A DNA stretch of 64,000 nt from Cyanobacteria bacterium auto_48_18 (GTDB taxonomy: Bacteria > Cyanobacteriota > Vampirovibrionia > Obscuribacterales > Obscuribacteraceae). The position numbers were made by a program, and so were the translations under genes. Numbering within the stretch: position 1 is the stretch's first letter; every line of letters begins with the position of its first letter. Below the pieces are notes generated by a model. The model did no database searches. It was not told the origin of the DNA and saw only the letters and a list, made by a program, of their open reading frames with translations. Positions 46,646 to 56,752 of this stretch are shown in pieces. The stretch lies in the NCBI GenBank assembly GCA_036170915.1, contig JAVHQC010000015.1, forward strand, positions 115,798-179,797. Reading direction: 5' to 3'.

Positions 46646-47341
46646 TTAAGCTGTACGTAATTGAGATACTTCTCTCAAAATGCGATAGACAGTGATTTGC
46701 GCACGATGAGCAACATATGGATTTTCATCTTCTGCCAGAACTCGCAGCACCGCAATTGGTACCGTGTAGCTCTCTGCAATACGTAGTCTAACGTCAGGAT
46801 GAGGGTCTCTTGCCAGCTTCCAAATTGTCTTGATGGATGTGTTGATATTCTCAGCCACGGCCGCACGCACCAGTGAATCTTCGTGAGTGGCCAATCTGGC
46901 TAAGGTAGTGCTGTGAGTTCTCGGATTTTCGGCAATGCGTTCGAGCAATTGAAGATTAGCATTGCGTGTAAGGTGTTCCAGCACAGGTGGTGGCGTGTTT
47001 GGATTAATGGCTAGGAGCCAACGAATTTTTGCTGCTTCCAGTGCAGCCTGAGTATTGAGCTGTCTTTCGCCAGTTTTCTTTTTAATCGTTTTAGTCACGC
47101 CTGATTCCGGTTGAGAATCGCCTTCGCGGTTGCACAATAACACTTTGAGCGCCTCCTTGATCTGCTTATCTGGTTTGTCCCAATGGAACGAGTATAAAAA
47201 TGAAAGGTCGTACTCCACATTGGGCTTGCTCTCACCACGTCGGGCTGTATGAAAAAGTTCGGAGAGAGCTAAGCCAGCGCATTGGCTGGTAAGGTTTGGA
47301 AGCGGCGTTCTTCCCTGGGCATCGAGGTGTTTGCGTTTCAT
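46646..47341 (-). CDS. LRV (leucine-rich variant/HEAT-like) repeat protein
   Basis: LAINPNTPPPVLEHL, VRAAVAENINT, LAEDENPYVAHRA. Confidence 0.82.
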   Translation of the reverse strand: MKRKHLDAQGRTPLPNLTSQCAGLALSELFHTARRGESKPNVEYDLSFLYSFHWDKPDKQIKEALKVLLCNREGDSQPESGVTKTIKKKTGERQLNTQAALEAAKIRWLLAINPNTPPPVLEHLTRNANLQLLERIAENPRTHSTTLARLATHEDSLVRAAVAENINTSIKTIWKLARDPHPDVRLRIAESYTVPIAVLRVLAEDENPYVAHRAQITVYRILREVSQLRTA

Positions 47342-47606
47342 CCTTGAAAATCCCTGGTGTCCCTGGTCAATTCTTTGTAGATCCGGGGTCAGACACTATA
47401 AGTGCCTGTATCTATTATTCACGGGCCCGGCAATCACTATGTTCGGGCTACCCTATATATCTGTATAGGTTTGCTCGTATTCGTATTAAATTGAAAAGTC
47501 CCCGACAATGCGAGGACTTGTGTGTTCTTGCGGTTCTTGACGCACATGCTTTTCAGCCGGCGGCAGCCTGACTCAAGGAAAGCTGGGCTGTGACTGCTTG
47601 TTAGGT

Positions 47607-48188
47607 TCAACAGACGCTGGCGATATTTGTCAGCGTTTGAATGAAACGGCGAAAACCGTTGCGTGGCTTAGCGATAGTCGATCGACTAATCGATACTACC
47701 TTAGCCATCCGCGGTGCCCTTTTGGCAGCATCGACTAATTCAATAGTTTGGGCCGCACGACAAGACACATAGGGATTGTCGTCCATGCTCAATATTTGCA
47801 GTACAAGCTCAGGCAGATTGGCATTTTCAGCCATGGCCAGGCGCAGGTCAGAATCTGCACAGCGAGCTAATTCCATCAAAGTTGAAATCGGTGTGCTGGC
47901 ATTTTCGGACACCGCTATTTTGACTTCGACGTTCTCATGTTTGCTCAATTGATGGAGAGTTTTAGCTGGAGTATTAGGATTGGCCGCTACACACTCTAGT
48001 GTGCGCGCAGAAGTAATGCACGAAAATTTTTCCGTCAAACCTAAGGCTATGAGCCGATTAGCAGTGGCGCTATTGCGGTTGGAATGATCAAGAGCGGTGC
48101 GCGAAATATGATCGACAAACTGATCGGTTGATAGATTGTTGGCTGCTTCAGACAAACTGATATTAAAAGGTGGACTATAAGCGTTCAT
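47607..48188 (-). CDS. LRV repeat protein
   Basis: VAANPNTPAKTLHQL, AVSENASTP, LSMDDNPYVSCRA. Confidence 0.82.
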   Translation of the reverse strand: MNAYSPPFNISLSEAANNLSTDQFVDHISRTALDHSNRNSATANRLIALGLTEKFSCITSARTLECVAANPNTPAKTLHQLSKHENVEVKIAVSENASTPISTLMELARCADSDLRLAMAENANLPELVLQILSMDDNPYVSCRAAQTIELVDAAKRAPRMAKVVSISRSTIAKPRNGFRRFIQTLTNIASVC

Positions 48189-48473
48189 ATTAAATCCTCA
48201 AAGAATGCGGTGGCTACGGGATTACCACGCGAGGTTAGGAGAGGGGATTGAAAAATCTCAGAATTAAAAATGGAATCTTCGGAGACGTGGTCGTATCTAC
48301 ACCGTAATTTTATTTTCTCGACAAAGCGGCAGCCTAGTTTCAATGGTGCCGGCATGACACTGGTGTTTTCTCGGCATATATAGCGGTAAACCCTGGTAAT
48401 GCTGCCGTAAATTTGGGCACAATGAGTTATATCCGGGAATCACGGTTGATACTTTTGCTCATATGAGGCTCAA

Positions 48474-49007
48474 ATGTCTCCTACAGATTCTCCTCCAGAT
48501 TTTCCTACAGAAAATTCTCCATCAGGGTTCGAGTGCAACGATCACAGCATAGATGTAAAGCAACAGAAAGAAAAACTTTGGAAGGCAGTTAACGACCCAG
48601 AGACGGCTGCTCAAGATCTTGAAATCATTGTCAGTGAAGGCTGTCGAGGCTTAGTCAGGAGGGCGGCAGAGCACCCTCGCGTCTCACTAGAACTGCTCAT
48701 AGCTCTTTCACAGCATGAAGATCCTGAGGTGCGGGCGGCGGTAGTCGATAATCACCAGACATCAGTAGACCTTCACTGGCGGCTGGCTAAAGATGAGTGC
48801 GCCGACGTTCGCTACGCTGTTGCCGAGAGCTATCTGGTCGATATGGACGTGCTGAGCTCGCTATTGGAAGATGCGAACCCTTATATTTCGCACCGGGCGC
48901 GCGCTACATTGAAAAAACGCAATGTTCATTTGTTGATGGCCGCTGAGTTTCCCCAATCGGTCACAGAGTCGCCTGATGATAGCTCTGACCGCTCCAATGC
49001 CCATTGA
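48474..49007 (+). CDS. LRV repeat protein
   Basis: HEDPEVRAAVVDN, LAKDECADVRYAVAES, LLEDANPYISHRA. Confidence 0.82.
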   Translation: MSPTDSPPDFPTENSPSGFECNDHSIDVKQQKEKLWKAVNDPETAAQDLEIIVSEGCRGLVRRAAEHPRVSLELLIALSQHEDPEVRAAVVDNHQTSVDLHWRLAKDECADVRYAVAESYLVDMDVLSSLLEDANPYISHRARATLKKRNVHLLMAAEFPQSVTESPDDSSDRSNAH

Positions 49008-49087
49008 GCACTTAAAGCACGAGACTCATATAGTATAGTGTTTGAGCCCCGGCCCTCAGGGCATGAAATTTAAGCGAAGCAAGGGCG

Positions 49088-49762
49088 TTGGCATATATGG
49101 CTGGAGAAATGGCCGAACCTGAATCTGGTAAGCAATCACTGAATTTTAGTTTTGATTCTTTGGCCGACGAATTAGAAGGTAAAGAACCTGCCAGTTCGGC
49201 TAAAGACTTGACTGACAAACTTTTTAACGTCGTTTACGGCGGTCAAACTGGCGTGGTGCAAAAAGAGGTGCAGAGCGACTTTTCTCTTTTTGGTCGCCGC
49301 CTGGCGCAAGATGTGCGGGTCGATCTGGGGGATGGAGCGGGAAAAATCCATCACAGCAACGGTGATTTAACAGTTTTTAACGCACTCAACTCATATACTC
49401 AAACCACTGATCAGGGCGGATTCTACAGAGTGGGAGCGGACGTTGAAAAACAGGTGATTTTCCACTTGCGCGGTGATGGTGACATCGACATTATTGGGCC
49501 GGGATTCGACGACACTTTGCACTTGACCAGAGGCGAAGAAGCTAATATCTGGAACAACGAAAGCGGCACTCTTTCTATTACCCTTAATCTAATTACCGGC
49601 GAGACAGCTGTGGTCTTTAACCCCTCCAATGCCCCAACTGATGACGCTTCAGATGGTTCTTCCAATGGTTCTTCCAATGGTTCTTCTGATGGCCCTGCTG
49701 ATGGTCTTTCTGGAGGGCCGCCTGCCAAACCGACTAATCCAGTAAACTTCGGCGATTTATAG
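49088..49762 (+). CDS. Hypothetical acidic protein with GSSN repeats (start probably ATG 49109)
   Basis: ORF with GGAG before ATG 49109; degenerate 12-bp repeat 49653-49712. Confidence 0.6.
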   Translation: MAYMAGEMAEPESGKQSLNFSFDSLADELEGKEPASSAKDLTDKLFNVVYGGQTGVVQKEVQSDFSLFGRRLAQDVRVDLGDGAGKIHHSNGDLTVFNALNSYTQTTDQGGFYRVGADVEKQVIFHLRGDGDIDIIGPGFDDTLHLTRGEEANIWNNESGTLSITLNLITGETAVVFNPSNAPTDDASDGSSNGSSNGSSDGPADGLSGGPPAKPTNPVNFGDL

Positions 49763-49765
49763 CGA

Positions 49766-49954
49766 TCACATTTGCCCGCTGCTTTCGGCCTGAAATGAGG
49801 CTATTGCTCCGTCTTCTACATCAAAGTAGATACTAATTGGATTGCAGCAAACTTCGCAGTCTTCCACATATGTTTGACCGCCGGCCGTCAAATCGAGCAA
49901 CATTGAAATTTTTTCCCAGCAGTAGGGGCAGCTGAAAAAGTATTCTTCTAGCAT
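49766..49954 (-). CDS. CPXCG-motif cysteine-rich small protein
   Basis: MLEEYFFSCPYCWEKISMLLD..QTYVEDCEVCCNPI; start reset to ATG 49954. Confidence 0.85.
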   Translation of the reverse strand: MLEEYFFSCPYCWEKISMLLDLTAGGQTYVEDCEVCCNPISIYFDVEDGAIASFQAESSGQM

Positions 49955-49985
49955 GAAGCTGCCACCATATACGGTGCCCACCTGT

Positions 49986-50690
49986 CTAAACTGATTCCAT
50001 GTTTTGGTGAAGAAAACATTTTTTACTGGCCGCCGTCTGCAATCTTGAGCAATCAACTTCGCTGCATTTGTCTGGGCCGCATTCAGGGCCTAAGGCTTGC
50101 CACAAGGCCCGGCGATATTTTTGCACCTGATTGTGTTCGTAGTCTATAGCTGATCGAACAGCCTCACTGTTGAGAAAATTTTGTAGTAGAGCTTTTTCTC
50201 TAGCTATGACAAATAGCCCTGCATTGACTTCGGCCACCTGGTAAGAAGCATACAAATAAGGGTTGACTGTTGATATGACCTGGCAGAATTTTTCGAAATT
50301 AGCATTTTTCTCAGGGGCGGCGAAATGATCTTGAAAGCCCAACAATAGGGGTTCAAGTTCGCTGCGATTAAACTGCTTATCGACAATCATTAGTGCCCTA
50401 CTGGCACCGTCGTAAAGTTCGGGCATGGCGCTCAGCGGCGGGCTCAATACATAATTGGCCATCACCATCCACTCAGGCCTGTCGCTGTACATATAACCTG
50501 CCCGGGCGCCGTCATAGTGCGTAGCTAGAAGGCAAAAGCGCTCAGGTAGCGCGATAGCATTAAACAGGTCTACTGCAATCAGGTCTTGCGCGAAAAGCCA
50601 GTGATGGTTCTCGTAGCTGCCTTGTTTTAAGCGCAGAGCGAACTCGAAATCGCCTCCGCTCAGCCACTCATCAATGCTTGGTAAGGTCAT
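49986..50690 (-). CDS. Hypothetical protein with C-terminal Cys/His cluster
   Basis: 234-aa ORF in co-directional run; GPECGPDKCSEVDC..KCFLH. Confidence 0.65.
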   Translation of the reverse strand: MTLPSIDEWLSGGDFEFALRLKQGSYENHHWLFAQDLIAVDLFNAIALPERFCLLATHYDGARAGYMYSDRPEWMVMANYVLSPPLSAMPELYDGASRALMIVDKQFNRSELEPLLLGFQDHFAAPEKNANFEKFCQVISTVNPYLYASYQVAEVNAGLFVIAREKALLQNFLNSEAVRSAIDYEHNQVQKYRRALWQALGPECGPDKCSEVDCSRLQTAASKKCFLHQNMESV

Positions 50691-50708
50691 GGCAAAACAA
50701 TTTCTTGA

Positions 50709-51035
50709 CTAGCCGACGCTAGAAGGATGCTCAGGCTGGTAGCCGTCGGCTAGTTCTTTGCCCTGATTGGTGACGTAAAGCAAATCGTGATCGTAAGGTG
50801 TGGCGCCAACCAGCATCTGTTCGGCCAACCAGCCAAGCGCTTTGTCCACCGCATGCTTGACCTCGTGCTGCACGTCAGGATGATAGTCAGAGGCCAGATG
50901 ATCCACCACGTCTTGCCTTTTGTTATGGGGGTCTTTGGCCAGGTGGAGAATGTGCAAAATATGATGGCCAAGAGTTTCTGGCTCAAGAGCGACAACTTTT
51001 TTTGGATCTGGATATGAATCCTTAAGGGCTTTCAT
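50709..51035 (-). CDS. Hypothetical protein, winged-helix-like
   Basis: AGGAGG SD; KALGWLAEQMLV..LYVTNQGKE pattern. Confidence 0.65.
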   Translation of the reverse strand: MKALKDSYPDPKKVVALEPETLGHHILHILHLAKDPHNKRQDVVDHLASDYHPDVQHEVKHAVDKALGWLAEQMLVGATPYDHDLLYVTNQGKELADGYQPEHPSSVG

Positions 51036-51090
51036 TAGTGCCTCCTGAGGCTTATGGTCGCTTTGTCAGTGGATAATTTAGCACACTAAT

Positions 51091-52212
51091 CTAGTTGGCC
51101 TTAACCATTTTTGTCGGCATAATGCCTATGGCGGCAAGCTTGCGCTTCAGTTCAGGCATGGCTTTTTGAGCGGCCTCAATGCCTGCTTCCACCCCGGTTC
51201 GGCCGTCTTTTTTATTGCGTGAAATTAGTGAAATGCCATTGGTATTGGGATGAATGGTGATATCGGCCATCTCATTTGGCTTTTTATCGATGTTGTATAG
51301 CTGAATTTTCAACGCTTGTGTACTGACTGAGCCAGCTTTTCTAAATGTCTTGAGCGGCACCTGTTCTAAATGTTCGTCGATATTAACGGCAATGATGAAA
51401 TCAGCTCCCATTTCGCGCACGTGATTGACAGGCAGATTGTTGATCAGGCCGCCATCGCAATAAAGACGACCATCAATTTCTACCGGTTTACGCAAGCCTG
51501 GAACGGCTGTGCTAGCCTGCAACGCTTGGCCTAGATCGCCCTTGGTTATACGATGGCTGTTGCCGTCCACCAGATCGGTGACCACGGCGGCGAAAGGCAA
51601 GTGTAATTTGCTGATTTCGCTATTTTCACCGGCCAGGCGGTTAGCATATTTGCGAAATTTGACGCCCCGATAAAGACCGTCATAAGGGTGGTAGCCCACC
51701 AGGCGGGGCATAAACATAATTGGGGCAACGGCGATTCTAAACTTCAGTCCCACAGGCATGAAATTTCTCATCAATTCTGAATCATCAAAGCGCTCCGCCA
51801 GTTCGTCAATGGAAAAACCAGCAGCATAGAGGCCACCGACAACTGCGCCGATGCTAGTGCCGGCAATCATGTCGATAGGAATGCCTTCTTCCAGCAATAC
51901 TTTCAATACGCCCACCTCAGCGGCACCGCGGGCGCCACCACCACCTAACGCAAGACCAACTTTAGGACGGTGCTTATTCGAAGTGACTACAGTGTCAGTC
52001 ACTGTTTGCACTGTGTTTCTAGTGCGACCACTTTCAGTTGTAGATTCAGTTTTAGTTTCAGTTGTAGATTCAGGGGCGGGCAACTGCACATGTTCAACCG
52101 TTGAACCCTGAATCGGTACCACCGAACTGCCGGATTGAGCGAGGCTATATTGAGTGGCACTGCAAGAAAGGGTGAGTGCGCAAAGACCTGCTAATACTGA
52201 CGTAGCCTTCAT
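51091..52212 (-). CDS. Exported patatin-like phospholipase
   Basis: LGGGGARG, GTSIG, DGG; signal peptide. Confidence 0.92.
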   Translation of the reverse strand: MKATSVLAGLCALTLSCSATQYSLAQSGSSVVPIQGSTVEHVQLPAPESTTETKTESTTESGRTRNTVQTVTDTVVTSNKHRPKVGLALGGGGARGAAEVGVLKVLLEEGIPIDMIAGTSIGAVVGGLYAAGFSIDELAERFDDSELMRNFMPVGLKFRIAVAPIMFMPRLVGYHPYDGLYRGVKFRKYANRLAGENSEISKLHLPFAAVVTDLVDGNSHRITKGDLGQALQASTAVPGLRKPVEIDGRLYCDGGLINNLPVNHVREMGADFIIAVNIDEHLEQVPLKTFRKAGSVSTQALKIQLYNIDKKPNEMADITIHPNTNGISLISRNKKDGRTGVEAGIEAAQKAMPELKRKLAAIGIMPTKMVKAN

Positions 52213-52502
52213 TAATGTGGAACCCCAAAACAGATTGAATCAGACCGGTCGATTCTATCAGTTGTAGCCTGTGTGTACCCTTGCGGAAACTGAGCTTTAT
52301 CAAGCGCAGGTTTAAAGCAAAATTTTGGATTCATGCAAATGCTCATGACACAGTGATTTGCGACCTTCTAGTGCCGGCAATTTAGATTGCGCTAAAGTTC
52401 ATAACTAGCAACAGATCTCTTGAAAAGTAGTGAATGCACCAGAATTTAGCGTAGACTTGGGTATAGGGAATAATCACCCAATTAGCATTATGAAAGCGGC
52501 CA

Positions 52503-53555
52503 ATGATTTCCTTCAAGCTTAAAGGCGTGCCTACCCTGTTTATCAAGGGTTTCACTGCTGACGATATCGAGACTATGTTGAATTTTGCTCGAGATGCCAG
52601 CTCCAACAATCGCACTGATAACAACACCATTCTTTTTATTGATACGCCAATAACGGCGCCTACTGTAGAAGCCGTGCACAAGCTTAAAGAAGAAGGCTTT
52701 CGCGTAGTTTTTCGCGATCACCATGGCATTGATGGTGAACCTACCAACGATCGCGATCGCCAGGTCTCAATGGCCACTGCTAAATTAGTGCAACTACTTG
52801 GTGACGACTGCCGAATAACAGTCAGGCGTCTGCACCCAGCCTGTTCAACTCTGGTCGACGTGGGAGAATTTGCTTCGGCTCTCGCTGTGATTGCCGACCC
52901 TGACCCTGACGGCCTTACTGCTGCCATGAAAGCCGTGGGCATTTATTACGATCAATTAGACGAAGATGCGGCATTGCTTGATGGAGAGCCATCCTTGCAA
53001 GTGACCGGCTCGCCCATATCGGCGCTCCTGGCTAAGGGGGTGGCTACCTTGCCACCATACGACCCGTCAAGACCACGTGAGCGCGAAAAAGCGCTGGAAC
53101 AATTGTTTATTCGTTGGGTGGCCGCCGTCAATGGCGACGCCCGCGCCGCCGCCGCTCTGGAAGCAGGCGTAGAAGCTTATGACCAGGCTGTTAATGTTGC
53201 ACGTGAACTCGCGCCCACCGCTCGTGAAGTAGCACCAGGGGTGATGCTGGTAGATACCATCGAATCTGACCTGTACGATCCCGGCACCTTGATGGCACTG
53301 CTGGAAAAGCGCCCGGGCTGTAAGGTAACCGTGCTGCGTAAAGACAAGGGCCCCATCGCTGCCTTGCACGGCATTCAATATAGCCTTGCAGTTTCTAAAG
53401 CTTTTCAATCAAAAGTAAATTTACAAAATGTTTTACCACCTCAGACAAAATCTGATCCAAAGCTAGGAGTGATAAGCAACGTCACTTTTCTTTTGCATGT
53501 CTCTGATTTGGTCTGGCAAGAACAAGTATTACCAGCATTAAGAGTAGAAGAATGA
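52503..53555 (+). CDS. DHH-like phosphoesterase with permuted motif order
   Basis: LFIDTP, FRDHH, HPACS, then IADPDPDGL. Confidence 0.6.
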   Translation: MISFKLKGVPTLFIKGFTADDIETMLNFARDASSNNRTDNNTILFIDTPITAPTVEAVHKLKEEGFRVVFRDHHGIDGEPTNDRDRQVSMATAKLVQLLGDDCRITVRRLHPACSTLVDVGEFASALAVIADPDPDGLTAAMKAVGIYYDQLDEDAALLDGEPSLQVTGSPISALLAKGVATLPPYDPSRPREREKALEQLFIRWVAAVNGDARAAAALEAGVEAYDQAVNVARELAPTAREVAPGVMLVDTIESDLYDPGTLMALLEKRPGCKVTVLRKDKGPIAALHGIQYSLAVSKAFQSKVNLQNVLPPQTKSDPKLGVISNVTFLLHVSDLVWQEQVLPALRVEE

Positions 53556-54274
53556 TGGAACTGCGCAAAGCAATATTGCTGATGTTGGTGGCTAGCCTGA
53601 CAGTTTTGTGGCCGGCTCAAGCACAGTACGGCGGCACCACTGTGGGAATTCCCAAATTTGTTTTTAAAAACGGTCAGTCGCACACAGCAGGTAAAGCTTT
53701 CGGCATCAATTGGTTTAAAGGACGCAAGCTTTTGATTGCTCCCTATCACCTGCTCGGCCCTGCTGGTGGCTACACTCATTATGTTCTTCCTCGAAATTTG
53801 CCTGATGAAGTTACCGCAGTCAATGTCATGGATCTGCAGCGCAGTCGACTATTGGCCACTACCGGACACGCCCTGACCAGTTGGGCTTGTCCAGTGGAGC
53901 ACTCCGATGGCGATTTAAGTGGAGATTTGATGGCTTTTGAATTACCGGCGAGCTGCAATTTTCCCGTGCTTACCATTGCTCCTCCATTGTTGCCAGTGAA
54001 AACAAAAGTCTGGGTGCTGACTAAAACCAATAATTCCAGCGGTTCATCGGCTGATCGTTATGCTGGAGAAGTTACTAGTTGTTATCGCACGGCCATGATT
54101 GTGAAAATGGATCAAGCTTTGGATGCATACGGTTCAAGCGGTTCGCCGGTGGTAAACGATAAAGGTCAGCTGGTAGGAATGATGGTGGGCACTATGGACA
54201 ATGAGCGCAAGAGCGTGGCTTGTATTCCCACCCAAAGTATTTATGACCGTTTGTTGAAAGAGGTAGGGCAGTAA
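53552..54274 (+). CDS. Secreted trypsin-like serine protease
   Basis: APYHLL, GDLMAF, GSSGSPV; signal peptide. Confidence 0.8.
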   Translation: MMELRKAILLMLVASLTVLWPAQAQYGGTTVGIPKFVFKNGQSHTAGKAFGINWFKGRKLLIAPYHLLGPAGGYTHYVLPRNLPDEVTAVNVMDLQRSRLLATTGHALTSWACPVEHSDGDLSGDLMAFELPASCNFPVLTIAPPLLPVKTKVWVLTKTNNSSGSSADRYAGEVTSCYRTAMIVKMDQALDAYGSSGSPVVNDKGQLVGMMVGTMDNERKSVACIPTQSIYDRLLKEVGQ

Positions 54275-54276
54275 AA

Positions 54277-54720
54277 ATGAGAATCAATAGAATAGTGTTG
54301 TCGCCGCTTATTATTGCTGCGCTTGGCTTTCTATCAATTGGCGCTGCTCAATCTCAAGAAAGCGCACCGCCACCATCAGCTTCTTTAATAGTGACTACGA
54401 CACCAAATGTTGATGGTTTTCGCATCAAGGAATATAAAGGTATTGTGCGTGGTGCAATGGTGCGTGAACCCACAATCGGTCAAAGTTTTAAAGCCGGATT
54501 TCAAGGCATCTTTGGCGGTAAAGTTGGTGCTTATGTGCATATGTGCGAACAGGGCAGGCAGCAATCTTACGACGCCATGATTGCCAAAGCGCAGGCTCTT
54601 GGCGCCAATGCCATCGTGGGTGTACAGTACGACAGCAACTCTTTCACCACTGACCAAAATCAGTTTGCCACCGAAGTTGTTTGCTACGGCACTGCTGTTT
54701 TTGTTGAACCTATTCGTTAA
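54277..54720 (+). CDS. YbjQ (UPF0145) family protein with signal peptide
   Basis: IVTTTPNVDG..IKEYKGIVRG, GANAIVGV, YGTAV. Confidence 0.88.
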   Translation: MRINRIVLSPLIIAALGFLSIGAAQSQESAPPPSASLIVTTTPNVDGFRIKEYKGIVRGAMVREPTIGQSFKAGFQGIFGGKVGAYVHMCEQGRQQSYDAMIAKAQALGANAIVGVQYDSNSFTTDQNQFATEVVCYGTAVFVEPIR

Positions 54721-54724
54721 CGCG

Positions 54725-55561
54725 TTAAAGCGACGTTTTGTTGATTAAGCCGCCGCCGGGTGATTCTTTGTCACGGGGTAACTTTTCTAGAAAAGCGACA
54801 ATACCTTTGTGGTCGGCACCAGGGTGGTCAAACTGCGCGCTATCACGGGCGATTTCTAATGCATCATCGGTTTTAGCGCCGCGTGAGACTATTAACTTGA
54901 CCATCTGTAAGTCACCAACTATGGTGGCGTTGTCTAGCAGGGTAAGATAGTTATCGTCCATGTGATCGAGATCGTATCCAGACATCAGCAAATCTTTTAA
55001 CGCTTTCATGTCGCGCTCTCGCAATATTCGCTGTACTTCGGTTTCGTCGGCGGGTGCGGCGGCTGGTGGCTCAGGGGGCGGATCTTTGAGATTGAAGAGA
55101 AATTGATCAAAGCTTTTGGCCACAGGCAAAATGCGATCGGCAAGATCTTGCTGCGCCGGAGCAGGATTATTTATCAAAGAGTGATCCCAGAAATATACAT
55201 GCCCGTGATCTTGGTCGCGAATTGAAAGACAAATCAAATTGCCCATAGAGTCATAGGCAATCGGAAGCAGACCCTGTGGCAATCTCAGCTTGTGAGTCTC
55301 TAGATAATGGCGAAGATCTTGATCGGTGTCATTCAAACCTAAAATGTAGCGGCAGTCAGAACCGCTTTCAGAATCTTGAAACTGAAAATGATTGGGCTCA
55401 GGGCAAGCACCGTTAAACTGCAGCAAAAATTCGCGATATGGTGCAGGTAATGCGCTGCCCAACTCTCGCTCGAAATCAAGCAGGCTTTCTTCGGTGGCCG
55501 GGTCAAAGGTATCGTATAAAGTGGGGCCGAGCATCTCATCATCTTTAATAGGGATCGCCAA
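54725..55561 (-). CDS. SMI1/KNR4 (SUKH) domain protein with ankyrin repeat
   Basis: FERELGSALPAPYREFLLQFNG, PIAYDSMGNLICL, GHVYFWDH, VAKSFDQFL; TLLDNATIVGDLQMVKLIVSRGA. Confidence 0.88.
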   Translation of the reverse strand: MAIPIKDDEMLGPTLYDTFDPATEESLLDFERELGSALPAPYREFLLQFNGACPEPNHFQFQDSESGSDCRYILGLNDTDQDLRHYLETHKLRLPQGLLPIAYDSMGNLICLSIRDQDHGHVYFWDHSLINNPAPAQQDLADRILPVAKSFDQFLFNLKDPPPEPPAAAPADETEVQRILRERDMKALKDLLMSGYDLDHMDDNYLTLLDNATIVGDLQMVKLIVSRGAKTDDALEIARDSAQFDHPGADHKGIVAFLEKLPRDKESPGGGLINKTSL

Positions 55562-55746
55562 TAATTATGCAACATTCTTTAGCGGTTTTCTCTGTCGGGG
55601 CCGTTGTCAGCTTGATTGGCGCATAATTCGTTCATAATCTGGTTGTAAATATAGTAAAGTTTTTCCCTATTGATCGGTCAGATCCAGGCTCTTTTAAAGC
55701 TGGAACGGCGCCGAATAGTCTCTTTGCCCCGTTTAGTGAGGACTCC

Positions 55747-56739
55747 ATGACCATCAAAGTCAGTTTGTCGACCGTCTCGGTCTTACCTCTTGCGTGCGCC
55801 TTGAGTGCAGCCTTATTGGGTTTATCGATGACGGAAGCCAACGGCAAGGCTGTCCATGACAAAAAAACGGTCAAAATTACTAAAACCACTGTCACCAGCA
55901 GCAGTAATCCGGCGGTAAATAATGATCAGGCGTTGAAGGCGCATCTACATGAACTGACACGAGTTTTGGCTGGCAGTGACGCCTCTGGTCTGGCGAAACT
56001 CTGGGTTGAAGACGGCACTTACAGTAATGAGGATGGCCAATCGTGGCAGGGTCGCTCAGCACTAGAAAAGCGTTTTGCCGGGGTGTTTGCCAATCAGGGC
56101 CGCATTTTGGTTGATTTTATTCCCACAAGCATGCGCTACTTGTCGGACAACGTAGCCGTGGTAGACGGTTTCGTTAAACTCAAAGAAGAAATTACTGGAA
56201 AGCCTGAAAGCAGATTTTCTATGGTTTTTCAGAAGCAAGCTGATGGTTCCTGGCTGATTGTTTCCGCAACCGAAACTCGCTATCTTGCCTCAGCACCAGG
56301 CGAACACCTGAAGCCGCTCAGCTGGCTTATAGGCGAGTGGGCGATTGCTAAAGACGGATCCTCTATGCAACTCAAAGCCGAATGGGCCGCTGACAAAAGA
56401 TTTATTCATATCAAACAAAAAGTGAAAAAAGCAGATCGTCCTGCCCCATTGGATAGCCAGCAGATAATTGGCTGGGATCCGCGCAGCGAGCAGATCGTCT
56501 CGTGGAGCTTTGACGCCGCTGGCGGTTTCGGCACTGGTGTATGGGTGAAGCGTGGACAAAAATGGCTGATTGATTCTTCTGGTGTTGAACAAGACGGCCG
56601 CACTACCAGAGCTACAGACATCATGGGCCCGGATGGACTGAATGCTTTTTCTTGGCAATCAGTTCAGCGAAGTGTTGACGGCCAGCCATTTGCAGACACG
56701 GTGCCGTTGAAAATTGAAAGACAGCAGGTAAAACTTTAA
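55747..56739 (+). CDS. Secreted NTF2-like (SgcJ/EcaC, DUF4440) domain protein
   Basis: DASGLAKLWVEDG..GRSALEKRF, LSWLIGEW, IGWDPRSEQIVSWSFD. Confidence 0.75.
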   Translation: MTIKVSLSTVSVLPLACALSAALLGLSMTEANGKAVHDKKTVKITKTTVTSSSNPAVNNDQALKAHLHELTRVLAGSDASGLAKLWVEDGTYSNEDGQSWQGRSALEKRFAGVFANQGRILVDFIPTSMRYLSDNVAVVDGFVKLKEEITGKPESRFSMVFQKQADGSWLIVSATETRYLASAPGEHLKPLSWLIGEWAIAKDGSSMQLKAEWAADKRFIHIKQKVKKADRPAPLDSQQIIGWDPRSEQIVSWSFDAAGGFGTGVWVKRGQKWLIDSSGVEQDGRTTRATDIMGPDGLNAFSWQSVQRSVDGQPFADTVPLKIERQQVKL

Positions 56740-56752
56740 CAGGGGCGAAATA

